DNA of 48,724 bases from Candidatus Woesearchaeota archaeon (GCA_014729195.1 WJKI01000013.1:1-48724); one strand, 5' to 3'. Numbered from the stretch's first letter, positions 17,646-27,163 are shown. Notes: generated by a model not told the origin, from the letters alone. Program-made: numbers and translations.

Positions 17646-17732
17646 GATATTACCTCAAATACTCAAAAATTAAATATTATTTAAATCTTTTGAAAGCATA
17701 CTTTTTTAAGTGATGACTTATTTGCATTTCAT

Positions 17733-18224
17733 ATGGATATTAAAAAAACAGTTGAACAATTAAAAAAAAGCAATGAGTTTAAAACATGGCAAAAAGACCA
17801 TCCTGATTTCTATCTAGCGCATATATTTGTAATGAAAGATGAAGCAAACAAAGGAACGTTCCAAATAGGATATTACAATCCATCAAAAGATAAAATGATA
17901 ACTTTTATTATTTCTTCTGACAAAATAGATATTACCGGCGAACAAGAAATAATGAAATCCAAGCAAACAATTGCAGAACTGGATATCGACAAAATCAAAA
18001 TACTTACAGAACACGCGCTTGATATTGCAAAAAAGTGCCGGGAAGAAAAATATTCAAAAGAAATAATAATGAAAACATTCTTCATAATACAGGAAATTGA
18101 AGGAATACCTGTTTTTAATATAACCTATTTAACCCAGGGATTTAAGACAATCAATATTAAAATCAATGCTATTGACGGAACAGTAATTAAGCATACAATC
18201 GGGACAATAGCAGAATTCTCTTAA
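17733..18224 (+). CDS. hypothetical protein (two PepSY-like repeats?)
   Basis: Clean ORF. The fold guess rests only on the repeated pattern ending in ...IDGTVIKH. Confidence 0.5.
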   Translation: MDIKKTVEQLKKSNEFKTWQKDHPDFYLAHIFVMKDEANKGTFQIGYYNPSKDKMITFIISSDKIDITGEQEIMKSKQTIAELDIDKIKILTEHALDIAKKCREEKYSKEIIMKTFFIIQEIEGIPVFNITYLTQGFKTINIKINAIDGTVIKHTIGTIAEFS

Positions 18225-18382
18225 TTCATTAACAAGTAGTAATGTGTTGTTTTTTGATAAAGTACTGACATGAATGATTAAGAATATATTTTTGACTTGC
18301 AATTTATTTAAATATAAGATGTGTTTTCTAAACATTGCGTGAGGAGAGAGCTGGTGATAGAAACAAAAAGAGGTGAATTATT

Positions 18383-18526
18383 ATGGGTGCAATAGGAATA
18401 AGCTTTTTAAAGAAAAAACAAAATCGGGACCTTGGAGATTTCTTTGATGCCTCTAAAGAAGAAGGATATACTGAAATTCAGGATGCAGAACTGGAACAGT
18501 ATGATGAAACAGATTATATTAATTAA
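18383..18526 (+). CDS. possible 47-aa acidic protein (below the track cutoff)
   Basis: AAAAAGAGGTGA (18365-18376) lies 6 nt before the ATG. The protein reads MGAIGISFLKKKQNRDLGDFFDASKEEGYTEIQDAELEQYDETDYIN. Confidence 0.3.
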   Translation: MGAIGISFLKKKQNRDLGDFFDASKEEGYTEIQDAELEQYDETDYIN

Positions 18527-19158
18527 TTATTCTTTTCTACTAGTTTTAAAACGTGACTAAGAATTTGCTGATGCATTTGTTCTGGCTGGTTTTCTAAGTA
18601 AGGAATAACTTTCATCCTATCCGGATCAAGTTTAGCTTCTTGTAAAAATCCCTGATTAACCTGTTCATGAAAATTTAACGGTTCTTGCTCCAAGCGGTCT
18701 TTTTCACCAAACTCATCAGTCGACATCTTTTCCAGACCTTTTTTTGCAGAAATATCCAAAATAATAGTCAAATCAGGAACTATTCCCTGAGTAGCAATCT
18801 CATTGCATTGTTTAACTTCTTTCAGCAATCCTCGGCCGTATCCTTGATAACCCACGCTGGATAATGCATATCTATCAGAAATATAGAAATCATACTCTTT
18901 CAGCTTTGAAATAATCCATTCCTCAGTGTGCTGGGCCCGTGCAACCATATACAAAAACATTTCAGTTCTTGCCCCAATTTTTCCCTTGTACTTAGGATTC
19001 ATCACTAGCTCTCTTACTTTTTCAGAAATTTCAGGTCCTCCTGGTTCTCTTGCGTTGAAAACAGAAAATCCTTTCTGCTCTAATGCTTTGGTAATCAATT
19101 TAATCTGGGTGCTTTTACCATTACCTTCTCCGCCCTCAAATACAATGAAAAAACCCAT
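18523..19158 (-). CDS. tmk: thymidylate kinase
   Basis: P-loop FEGGEGNGKST, DRY motif SDRYALSS, and a lid region. Confidence 0.9.
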   Translation of the reverse strand: MGFFIVFEGGEGNGKSTQIKLITKALEQKGFSVFNAREPGGPEISEKVRELVMNPKYKGKIGARTEMFLYMVARAQHTEEWIISKLKEYDFYISDRYALSSVGYQGYGRGLLKEVKQCNEIATQGIVPDLTIILDISAKKGLEKMSTDEFGEKDRLEQEPLNFHEQVNQGFLQEAKLDPDRMKVIPYLENQPEQMHQQILSHVLKLVEKNN

Positions 19159-19169
19159 CTTAAGAAAAA

Positions 19170-19267
19170 CCTGAGGCAGCTTGAAACATCACCAGTTGCT
19201 AAGCACGATTTAAACTTTCTTTGGGGGAAAGTAAAATGTTTTATAGCAGACGTCAAGGCTGCCCAGG
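19170..19267 (-). promoter_or_regulatory. candidate structured 5' leader of tmk
   Basis: A 14-bp interrupted long-range helix CCTGAGGCAGCTTGA (19170-19184) / TCAAGGCTGCCCAGG (19253-19267) is stacked on AAACAT/ATGTTT. In tmk sense it ends ...CCTCAGGTTTTTCTTAAG-ATG. Confidence 0.3.
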
Positions 19268-19380
19268 CGCGTTGTTATATACTGATAAAAGTACAGCTAG
19301 TTTATATACATTTATTTGATTAGTAATATGTTTTACAGTATGAAAAAGCATATAAAGGAATAAACTTCAAAGTAGATACG

Positions 19381-20124
19381 ATGTGGGACATAACAGAATA
19401 CAGAACACTTCTCCAGGACGCCCTGAAACGCAATGAAACAGTCATAATAACCTGCAAATGCTCTGTAAAATATTCTGGCAGAGCCGAAAGTAAGCTGGCA
19501 GAAGGAGATCGAATAGTTCTAATAAAAGCAGATAATACTCTATTAGTTCATCAGCCCAAAGGCAATGCTCCTGTAAATTACATGAAAGCACAAACATCGC
19601 ATGATTTAGTATTAGAAGATGGTAAAATAATTTTAAAAGCCAAAAATCAATTATTGAAGGAAAGTATGGACATTAAAATCAACAGGATTTATTTCTTTAA
19701 TTCTTACAAACTAGAAGACAGCCAGAATATTTTAGTCACAGGAACAGAAGCAGACATGGCAAATATGCTGTATGAACAACCTGAGAAGATTGAAAAAGGA
19801 TTTAAACCGGTTTCCCAAGAAGAACAAACTAAATACGGGTTTATAGATGTTCTTGGTGTTGATTCAAACGGAGTTTTAACAGTAGTTGAGTGTAAAAGAT
19901 ATTCTGCAGATTTAAGTGCTGTAACACAACTACGCCGTTATGTTGAAAAACTGATGGTAAGCAAAGGAATTTCCAAAGTTCGAGGAATAATTGCTGCTCC
20001 GAAAATAACTCCAAATGCACTAAAAATGCTGGAAGATTGGGGATATTCTTTTGTATCAGTTATACCACCAAAATACATGGAAGAAGCAAGTAAGAAGCAG
20101 AGTAAGCTGGATTATTTTAAGTGA
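19381..20124 (+). CDS. nucS: endonuclease NucS/EndoMS
   Basis: About 250 aa. The N-terminal half-barrel region has GDRIVLIKADNTLLVH. The C-terminal RecB-like nuclease has IDVLGVD...VVECKR. Confidence 0.85.
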   Translation: MWDITEYRTLLQDALKRNETVIITCKCSVKYSGRAESKLAEGDRIVLIKADNTLLVHQPKGNAPVNYMKAQTSHDLVLEDGKIILKAKNQLLKESMDIKINRIYFFNSYKLEDSQNILVTGTEADMANMLYEQPEKIEKGFKPVSQEEQTKYGFIDVLGVDSNGVLTVVECKRYSADLSAVTQLRRYVEKLMVSKGISKVRGIIAAPKITPNALKMLEDWGYSFVSVIPPKYMEEASKKQSKLDYFK

Positions 20125-20181
20125 AAATAATAACATTTTTAAAAAGAATAATAATACTAATATTATTGGGAGGGAGATAAA

Positions 20182-20529
20182 ATGAATACACATATAAGTG
20201 ATTTAGTTGTATTGGTTGTTGATCCAACACATGCGCAATATGGGCAATTAGGTGAACTAACATGGCATGATTGGAGAGAGTCAGGAATGATGGGAGTGAA
20301 ATTTGCAGACGGAACAGAAGTTGATTTTCCTGATGGAAAAATAGAAGGAGATCAGTGGAAGCCGGTTAAATCTTTTTATCGACATGATAATGAAATTGGG
20401 CAAGCATTTGATGAAGATCGAAAAGCAGGGATAGAAGGACTAAAAGAAATATATTCTGCCTTAAACATAGGTGGTTTAGAAACATTGCAAGAAAAATATT
20501 TTGAAGTATTTGGAGAGTATATAGAATAA
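20182..20529 (+). CDS. hypothetical protein
   Basis: SD GGGAGGGAG lies upstream of a clean ORF. Confidence 0.5.
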   Translation: MNTHISDLVVLVVDPTHAQYGQLGELTWHDWRESGMMGVKFADGTEVDFPDGKIEGDQWKPVKSFYRHDNEIGQAFDEDRKAGIEGLKEIYSALNIGGLETLQEKYFEVFGEYIE

Positions 20530-20530
20530 T

Positions 20531-21166
20531 TTATTTTAAATGATTCTCAACCGCTTCTAATGCGATTTCTGACCAGCCTTCTAAAGTTGAGTTTGGGTCA
20601 TCTTTTATTTTCTTTATTTCTTCTAAAGACATCATTTCGCCATGAACAGATTCGCTGTCGTTAGGAAAAACATCATCAGAATCAGTTTCAACTAAATACA
20701 AAACACCAAAATGAACTTTTCCCACACTATCTCTATCATCGTTAATATAACCTATCACCTTAATTTCCTGCGAACCATTAATAACAGTTTCTTCATCAAT
20801 CTCTCTAATTAAACTAGAATGAATTGGATTATCTTCTGCTTCTTCATCTTTTTCAATATGACCTCCAATACCAATAGACCATTTATTGTATAATCTTTGT
20901 TCATTATAATCTGCTTTATCTGCTGCTCTTTTGTAAGCATAAATCTTTTTTGTTTCAGGATTATAAATAACTGCATAACCAATCGGCTGCTTATGAGAAG
21001 GATCGATTTCTAAATCTCCTCTTCTTAAGAATTTTTTATACTCTAAAATTCTAGATTCATAATCTTCAATTTGAGAATGAGGTTTAAAACCTTGAAAATG
21101 ACTATTATTAACAAATAAAATATCAACAGGCACAGCCATTATGATATGATCGTCTTTACCACCCAT
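20531..21166 (-). CDS. Nudix-family hydrolase (long form)
   Basis: Nudix box GGHIEKDEEAEDNPIHSSLIREIDEET. Confidence 0.7.
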   Translation of the reverse strand: MGGKDDHIIMAVPVDILFVNNSHFQGFKPHSQIEDYESRILEYKKFLRRGDLEIDPSHKQPIGYAVIYNPETKKIYAYKRAADKADYNEQRLYNKWSIGIGGHIEKDEEAEDNPIHSSLIREIDEETVINGSQEIKVIGYINDDRDSVGKVHFGVLYLVETDSDDVFPNDSESVHGEMMSLEEIKKIKDDPNSTLEGWSEIALEAVENHLK

Positions 21167-21203
21167 AGAATAATCAAGGATATTTTCTTGTTTTTAAGCT
21201 TTT

Positions 21204-21677
21204 CTATAATATAGAAGAAGAATTACTCTTTATTTTTTCATATTCTTCGAATGCTTTTTTTAGAATCTTTTTAATCTCTGCAGGAATAAAATCATTATCT
21301 ACCTCTTCTTTAGAAATCCATTTATAATCTATAGATTCTTTATTAATCTTTAAATTCTCAGGATTCAATGCTTTACATAAATAGAAGAAACAACAATGAT
21401 CATGATCACCAACAGAATGCAAATTAGAATGAAATGGAACTGCGAGATTTCTTCTGGTATTCCCTTCAGGCAGCAATTGGCAATTATTTATTATCTCCAC
21501 ATCCAACTGAGTTTCTTCTTTGATTTCCCTTAATAAGGCATCATCTGGAACTTCGTTTTCATCTATGTGTCCTCCGGCAGGAACCCATATGTTTAATTTT
21601 CTATGATGAATTAAAAGAGTTTTATTATTATTCATTATTACTCCCTCTACAACAAGATCTGTTTTCATAAGGAGCAA
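21204..21677 (-). CDS. Nudix hydrolase
   Basis: Nudix box GGHIDENEVPDDALLREIKEETQL. Confidence 0.8.
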   Translation of the reverse strand: MLLMKTDLVVEGVIMNNNKTLLIHHRKLNIWVPAGGHIDENEVPDDALLREIKEETQLDVEIINNCQLLPEGNTRRNLAVPFHSNLHSVGDHDHCCFFYLCKALNPENLKINKESIDYKWISKEEVDNDFIPAEIKKILKKAFEEYEKIKSNSSSIL

Positions 21678-21703
21678 TAGTCTAATAAACTATTTAATCT
21701 TTT

Positions 21704-21982
21704 CTATAATATAGAAATCACTTTTTCCCTAGAAGTCAAACCTGATTTAATCCTGACTTTTCTTTTTAATTTCTTTGAAAGGAATTTAATTAGTTCTATA
21801 TTTGCCTTGTTTTTATCAGCAGATTCTTTGATTGCTATTACTACTGCTTGTTTTTCTTTATTATAACTTAGAACTTCTGTTTTGTTTGAATTAGGCTTAA
21901 CAATAATTCTTAATTTGTCATCTTTAATAAATTCACCTAAATTCATCTTTGGTCGCGCCATTTGTGATGACATTTTTGGCAC
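21704..21982 (-). CDS. YggU/DUF167 family protein
   Basis: Contains VKPNSNKTEV...DKNKANIELIKFLSKKL...IKSGLTSREKVI. The start is probably an internal Met (21961 or 21946), which reduces the overlap with tfs. Confidence 0.7.
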   Translation of the reverse strand: MPKMSSQMARPKMNLGEFIKDDKLRIIVKPNSNKTEVLSYNKEKQAVVIAIKESADKNKANIELIKFLSKKLKRKVRIKSGLTSREKVISIL

Positions 21983-22248
21983 TCAAAAAATCTTGTTGCA
22001 GGCTCATCTGCAGCCCTCATTTGAATCTCCCAGGTATAACACTTCATGTGCCCGCACTTAGGGCATTGTTCTTCAACAACTGAACGAACATCACCTGAAC
22101 CTGCTTCTGCAACTTCTATTTTGTGATCTTCATCCTTAGCTTTTTCAGATACTTTAGTTTCAGTAGCAGCTTCCTTGTACCCGCAGGAACAAACCAAAAA
22201 TTTTCCCTTAGGCATTAAAATTGAACCACACTTAGGACAAAACTTCAT
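21943..22248 (-). CDS. tfs: transcription factor S (TFS / RpoM-like)
   Basis: N-terminal ribbon MKFCPKCGSIL...CSCG. C-terminal ribbon CPKCG...MRAADEP...CQKCHHKW. The start is set at ATG 22248, one base after the upstream stop. Confidence 0.85.
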   Translation of the reverse strand: MKFCPKCGSILMPKGKFLVCSCGYKEAATETKVSEKAKDEDHKIEVAEAGSGDVRSVVEEQCPKCGHMKCYTWEIQMRAADEPATRFFECQKCHHKWRDQR

Positions 22249-22249
22249 T

Positions 22250-22852
22250 TTAAGCAAACCCCGCAAGCTTAAGCAGTTCAACAAAACCAATCTTAATCCA
22301 GCCAAGCAAAGGAACCTTAAACAAAGACTTGCCAATCAATTGCTCTTCAGAAATTGTTTGTTCAAAATCAGCAGAACCGCAGTTATTATCACCTTTTGTT
22401 TTATACATTATATCTCCATTGTTTTTCCTGACCTCTACAACCCTGTGAATGATTGGCTCAGGTCTTTTATCTGTCATAAAAACAATAACTTCACCAATCT
22501 CCACCTTTTTAGCAGACCGCAACAACATAATATCTCCTTTATTAAAACCATTCTTGTACTCAAAACCCTCAAACGCAGTTTTGCTAATACCTGATTTAGA
22601 ATAAATATCCTTCTGTCTTTCCTGGCCACATTCCCTGTTCCACCAATCATCAAAAGAACCTTCTGGATGCTCCATGCTGGAAGAAACAACAGCAACAATA
22701 GGATGTGAAGTTCCCAAAACAAATCCCAAACCAGGATAAACCAGAAATTTTATCAAAATAAACGCTAAAATAATGTTAACAATCCAAGACCAAATACTAT
22801 TGTCTTCCCAAATAAAATGCCAAGTTTTTCTTAAAAAAGTCTTAAACTTCAT
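22250..22852 (-). CDS. signal peptidase I, archaeal/Sec11 type
   Basis: TM anchor, catalytic Ser region VVSSSMEHP, and YKTKGDNN. Confidence 0.8.
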   Translation of the reverse strand: MKFKTFLRKTWHFIWEDNSIWSWIVNIILAFILIKFLVYPGLGFVLGTSHPIVAVVSSSMEHPEGSFDDWWNRECGQERQKDIYSKSGISKTAFEGFEYKNGFNKGDIMLLRSAKKVEIGEVIVFMTDKRPEPIIHRVVEVRKNNGDIMYKTKGDNNCGSADFEQTISEEQLIGKSLFKVPLLGWIKIGFVELLKLAGFA

Positions 22853-22997
22853 TATTATACCGAATTAAGTATTATATTTTAAAAAGGTTTGGTTTGCTTT
22901 TTAAAGAAAAACCTTTATATATTGTTAAACGTAGATTCTAATATGAAACAACAAAAAAGCTCTGCTTTTTTGAGCTTCATTTTTACCAGAGGCAAAA

Positions 22998-23444
22998 ATG
23001 AAAAAACCAGACAAACACTCCAAATACTTTGAAGGAATACTGCAGTTAAGAAATCCAAGCGAAGAATTAATTAATTATGTTTACAAGCGAATAGACAAAG
23101 ACAATCAGGCATGGATTTCACAAGAAAAAAAAGTAAGAGGGGGAATTGATTTGTACTTATCCTCGCAAAAATATTTGCGGCAATTAGGCAAAAAACTAAA
23201 GGAAAGATTCCCTGGCTCATTAAAAACAAGCAGAAAATTATTCACAGTCCAAAGAGGAACAGGAAAAAAACTATACCGAGTTACAGTATTGTTCAGATTA
23301 TACCCCTTTAAAGTAGGGGGTATAATAGAAATTTCAGGAGAAAAATACAAAGTACTGAAAATAGACAAGCAAGTGACAGTGCAAAACCTTAAAAGCGGAA
23401 AAAAAGAACAAATAAAACCAGAGGAAATTGAAAGATGGATTTAA
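22998..23444 (+). CDS. NMD3-domain-like small protein lacking the N-terminal Zn clusters
   Basis: Contains YFEGILQLRN...GGIDLYLSS...SRKLFTVQRGTGKKLYRVTVLFRL, which resembles the NMD3 core. Confidence 0.45.
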   Translation: MKKPDKHSKYFEGILQLRNPSEELINYVYKRIDKDNQAWISQEKKVRGGIDLYLSSQKYLRQLGKKLKERFPGSLKTSRKLFTVQRGTGKKLYRVTVLFRLYPFKVGGIIEISGEKYKVLKIDKQVTVQNLKSGKKEQIKPEEIERWI

Positions 23445-24160
23445 CTCAACACAATAATATTTCCACGTCCTTTCTTAATCCTCTTGATAACCCCCTTGTC
23501 CTCTAATTCAGTAATCATCAATGAAACTTTTGCTTCGGACTTAGGAAAATTCTTCCGTATATCTTTTTGAGTTGTTCTTCCACCTTCCTTTTTTATGAAA
23601 GTATATAATTCATTTAAATCCTTGTCTAAGACCGGCTTTTGCTTTTCTTTGACCTTTTTGGCAGTCTTGTCAACCTCTTTTCTAAGCTCTTCTGTCTTAG
23701 ACTTAAATTTATACCACATAAAGAAAATAAGAACGATAATACTAACAAGTCCTGCAGCAAAACCCAATCTACCCAATGTATTGACATCTTCTTCAACAAA
23801 AGTCTTAGTAATATTAATATCAGATGCTTCACTTAATATTTCCTCTTCTGCCTCCAAATTTGGCAAAAGAATAAGATCCAAAGTATATGCACCATGCTCT
23901 TCGATAGTAACACTTTCTTTAATCTTAAGATCCTCAGGAGGATAAGTGGCAGTAATAGTATATATGCCTAATGGAAGACTAAAAGAATACTCCCCATCAG
24001 ACGCAACCAGAACCTGTTTTGGAACAGTATCAATTTCCACTCGTGCGTTATCAATGGTATTTAATTCAAAATCATAAATTCTTCCTCTGATTTCAGCTGC
24101 ATTAGCAATAGAACTAATCAAAATCATGAAAAATAAGCCAAAAATCAGTTTTCTAAGCAT
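23441..24160 (-). CDS. membrane-tethered winged-helix regulator with an extracytoplasmic beta-sandwich domain
   Basis: Signal/anchor sequence, then a carboxypeptidase-regulatory-like domain (IRGRIYD...VEIDT...DGEYSFSLPLGIYTI). A TM helix and a Lys/Glu linker follow. The C-terminal wHTH reads TQKDIRKNFPKSEAKVSLMITELEDKGVIKR. Confidence 0.6.
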   Translation of the reverse strand: MLRKLIFGLFFMILISSIANAAEIRGRIYDFELNTIDNARVEIDTVPKQVLVASDGEYSFSLPLGIYTITATYPPEDLKIKESVTIEEHGAYTLDLILLPNLEAEEEILSEASDINITKTFVEEDVNTLGRLGFAAGLVSIIVLIFFMWYKFKSKTEELRKEVDKTAKKVKEKQKPVLDKDLNELYTFIKKEGGRTTQKDIRKNFPKSEAKVSLMITELEDKGVIKRIKKGRGNIIVLS

Positions 24161-24338
24161 ACTGCTCCTTTAATAGTCTAAAACTATATAAATATTGCGT
24201 AAAGTATTAAGAGCTTTTTTAGGGCGCTATAAAGCATTAGACGGTCAAAAAACGCCCCTTTTTTGGATGATTGAAAGTATCTTTATAAATAAAACCCACT
24301 ACTAAAGTACTAATGTTTGTTAATAATTAAAACAAACG

Positions 24339-24383
24339 GAGGTATCGCCAAATAAAATTTGGCGGAACCTCAAAACGGAGGTA
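24339..24383 (+). promoter_or_regulatory. leader hairpin with a decoy SD, an anti-SD and the real SD
   Basis: GAGGT-AT-CGCCAAA-TAAAA-TTTGGCG-GA-ACCTC is followed by AAAACGGAGGTAAAAACA-ATG. ACGGAGGTA occurs twice (24336-24344 and 24375-24383). Confidence 0.35.
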
Positions 24384-24389
24384 AAAACA

Positions 24390-25631
24390 ATGAAAAAGAT
24401 ATTAAGTTTGTTGGTAATGGCAATATTTCTAATCAGTTTAGTACCTGCAGCATTAGCAGCAGGAAATGGCAATGGAAATAGTGCAGAACCTACTAAATAT
24501 CAAGTAGGCGGAGAAAGAGAAGAATTTATTTCCCAAGCAGAACAAAAACGGCAGGAACTAAAAGAAAAAAGAGTCAAAGCAATAACTGGCAGGACAAGAG
24601 AAAGAGTAGAAGTTGCAACAAAAAGAATGGGACTGCTAAGAAAATTCCAGGAAAACAAGCAGGACTTAAGACAAGTAGTCCAAAAAGCAGTCCAACGAAG
24701 AGAACAGGCAATAGAAAACTATAAAAAATCAAGACAAAAAATCGAACAAATGAAAAACAAACTGCAACAGTGCAAAGGAAAAACAAAAATAGACTGCACA
24801 GAAGCAAGAAAACAAGCAAGAAAACACTCTCAAGACTTTTTGTTTAATGCAGCAGACAGAGCATTGGCACTTGTTGAAAAAACAAGAGAAAGAATTGAGA
24901 ATTCTGACATGAGCGAGGAAGACAAAGCAGATGCACTTGCAGATCTTGAAGAAAGAGCTGCTGAAATCGCAAGCGCAAGAGAAACAATAGATGCAATTGG
25001 TGAAAATCCGTCAAAAGACGAAATCAAGGAAGCTACAAAAGTCCTAAGAGAATCATGGACAAAAGCAAACAAGGAAATCAAACAAAAAGCTGCAAAAAAC
25101 GCAGCAGGAAAAATCGGCGGAACACTGGTGAAAATTGAGCGGTTAAACGCAAAACTGGAAAGAACTGTTGAACAACTGAAGTCAAGAGGACTTGATACAA
25201 CTCCAATTGAAACAATGATGCAACAGTTTGAAAATAAAATCCAAGAAGCAAAAGATAAACATGCTGAAGCTGAACAAAAATTTAGCCAAGGCAAAGCAAA
25301 TGAAGCAGCTCAAAAAATCCGCGAAGCTCATTCCAAAGTAAAAGAAGCTCACATGCTTTTGAAGGATGTTGTTCGTAAAATCCGAAAAGCAAATCAAGGG
25401 CAGGAAATTCGGGAAGGACTAGAACCAGAAACAAAAGCAGAAGAAGAAGCTGAAGAAGCAGCTGAAGAGGCAGCTGAGGCAGCTGAGGCAGCTGAAGAAG
25501 CAGCTGAAGAAGAAGCTGAAGAGGCAGAAGAAGAAGCTGAGGAAGAACAAGAAGAAACAGCCGAAATTGAAGACTCAGACGACTCAGAAGAAGAAACTGA
25601 AGAAGAGCAAGAAGAAGAAACTGCAGAATAA
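24390..25631 (+). CDS. secreted coiled-coil protein with an acidic Glu/Ala tail
   Basis: Signal peptide ...LVPAALAA, Lys/Glu/Gln-rich heptad-like body, and a C-terminal EEAAEEAAEAAEAAEE tract. Confidence 0.6.
   Translation: MKKILSLLVMAIFLISLVPAALAAGNGNGNSAEPTKYQVGGEREEFISQAEQKRQELKEKRVKAITGRTRERVEVATKRMGLLRKFQENKQDLRQVVQKAVQRREQAIENYKKSRQKIEQMKNKLQQCKGKTKIDCTEARKQARKHSQDFLFNAADRALALVEKTRERIENSDMSEEDKADALADLEERAAEIASARETIDAIGENPSKDEIKEATKVLRESWTKANKEIKQKAAKNAAGKIGGTLVKIERLNAKLERTVEQLKSRGLDTTPIETMMQQFENKIQEAKDKHAEAEQKFSQGKANEAAQKIREAHSKVKEAHMLLKDVVRKIRKANQGQEIREGLEPETKAEEEAEEAAEEAAEAAEAAEEAAEEEAEEAEEEAEEEQEETAEIEDSDDSEEETEEEQEEETAE
25441..25560 (+). repeat. imperfect tandem GCAGCTGA(A/G)GA(A/G) repeats encoding the acidic tail
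   Basis: Direct reading of repeated gaagaagcagctgaagaggcagctgaggcagctgagg... Confidence 0.7.
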
Positions 25632-25671
25632 ATCGCAAGATTTATATAATGCAGAAACGAGGTAAATTAAA

Positions 25672-25890
25672 ATGAAAAAAACAGCAATAATACTTGCTCT
25701 AATCGTACTTGGTTTAGCAATTACCGGCTGCATGCCTGAAGAAAAAACACCAACAGCACCAGCAGACGAATCTGTTGAAGACATAAGCGAAGAAGTTGCA
25801 GAAATCGACTCAACTTTGGACGGCGAACTAGCTGAACTAGACCAACTAGACCAGGAACTGGCAGAACTAGAATCCTTGGATTTAGGATAA
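25672..25890 (+). CDS. small acidic lipoprotein
   Basis: SD GAGGT lies upstream. Signal peptide MKKTAIILALIVLGLAITGC has a lipobox. The C-terminus carries a LDxELAEL repeat. Confidence 0.5.
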   Translation: MKKTAIILALIVLGLAITGCMPEEKTPTAPADESVEDISEEVAEIDSTLDGELAELDQLDQELAELESLDLG

Positions 25891-25897
25891 GAATTTA

Positions 25898-25911
25898 TTT
25901 TTTTTCTTTTT
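25898..25911 (+). terminator. oligo-T tract
   Basis: TTTTTTTTCTTTTT sits directly after the stop codon. Confidence 0.4.
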
Positions 25912-25979
25912 CCCTTGAAAACTGAAATTTTTCCAGTGTTTAGACAAAATTTAAATAGACCAATGTTAATTCTTGAATT

Positions 25980-27071
25980 ATGCTCAAACTAGACGGCAAT
26001 TACGGAGAGGGAGGGGGACAAATAGTCAGAAATGCACTTGCACTTTCCTGTATAACCAGAAAACCCTTTGAGATAAATAAAATACGACAAGGACGCAAGA
26101 AGTCCGGACTAAAAGCACAACACCTGCATTGCATAAAAGCACTTGAGAAGTTATGCAATGCAAAAGCAGAAGGAGCAAAACTCGGCTCTGATTATCTTAA
26201 ATTCTATCCCGGAGAAATTAAAGGAGGGAAATTAGAAATTGACATAGGAACAGCAGGTTCAACAACACTATTATTACAGGCAGTATTACTTCCATCTTTT
26301 TTTGCAGCAAAACCAGCAACGTTACGAATAAAAGGAGGAACAAACAATCCATGGTCAATGCCAATTGAATATTTACAAGAAGTTTTTGTACCTCATGTTG
26401 CAAAATTCTGCGAAAAAATCAATGCAAAACTAATCAAAAGAGGACATTATCCAAAAGGCGGCGGGGAAATAGAAATTAAAATTAAACCCAAGTATAAACT
26501 GAATGATTACTTAAATTTTGAAGAATTTTGGAGAGTTTTGCAAGAGAACAAACATATTAATTCTACTGAAAAAGGATACTTGATTAGTATTAAAGGAGTA
26601 TCACATGCTTCAAAACAACTGGAAAACAAACAAGTGGCAGAAAGACAGGCAAAAGCAGCAAAACAGATATTATCCAAATACTGCGATACAATACACATAA
26701 CAAAAGAATACTGTGATACATTATCAATAGGAACAGGAATTACACTATGGGCAATATATTCCCGGCAAAAAGATGATATTAATACAGAAAACCCAATACG
26801 ATTAGGAGGAGATGCATTAGGAGAACGCGGCAAATTAGCTGAAAAAGTAGGAGAAGAAGCAGCGAAAATGCTGTTAAGAGCGATGCAATCAGGAGCACCT
26901 GTTGATAAACACTTAGGAGACAATTTAATACCCTGGATGGCCTTGTTTAAACCAAGTAAAATAAAAGTGCAGGAAATAACAAATCATTTAAGAACAAATA
27001 TTTACACAACAGAACGGTTTTTAGGAAAATTGTTTAAAATTGATGAGACGAAAAAAACTATTCTAACGTAA
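25980..27071 (+). CDS. rtcA: RNA 3'-terminal phosphate cyclase
   Basis: Contains DGNYGEGGGQIVRNALALS, and the length and architecture are typical of RtcA. Confidence 0.85.
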   Translation: MLKLDGNYGEGGGQIVRNALALSCITRKPFEINKIRQGRKKSGLKAQHLHCIKALEKLCNAKAEGAKLGSDYLKFYPGEIKGGKLEIDIGTAGSTTLLLQAVLLPSFFAAKPATLRIKGGTNNPWSMPIEYLQEVFVPHVAKFCEKINAKLIKRGHYPKGGGEIEIKIKPKYKLNDYLNFEEFWRVLQENKHINSTEKGYLISIKGVSHASKQLENKQVAERQAKAAKQILSKYCDTIHITKEYCDTLSIGTGITLWAIYSRQKDDINTENPIRLGGDALGERGKLAEKVGEEAAKMLLRAMQSGAPVDKHLGDNLIPWMALFKPSKIKVQEITNHLRTNIYTTERFLGKLFKIDETKKTILT

Positions 27072-27163
27072 TAGCACACTACATATGTTGCTTAATCTAA
27101 ATAAGACTAATATCACAAGCCATCTATTTAGAAATAAAAATAAAGACTTCGCTGTGTTATTGT

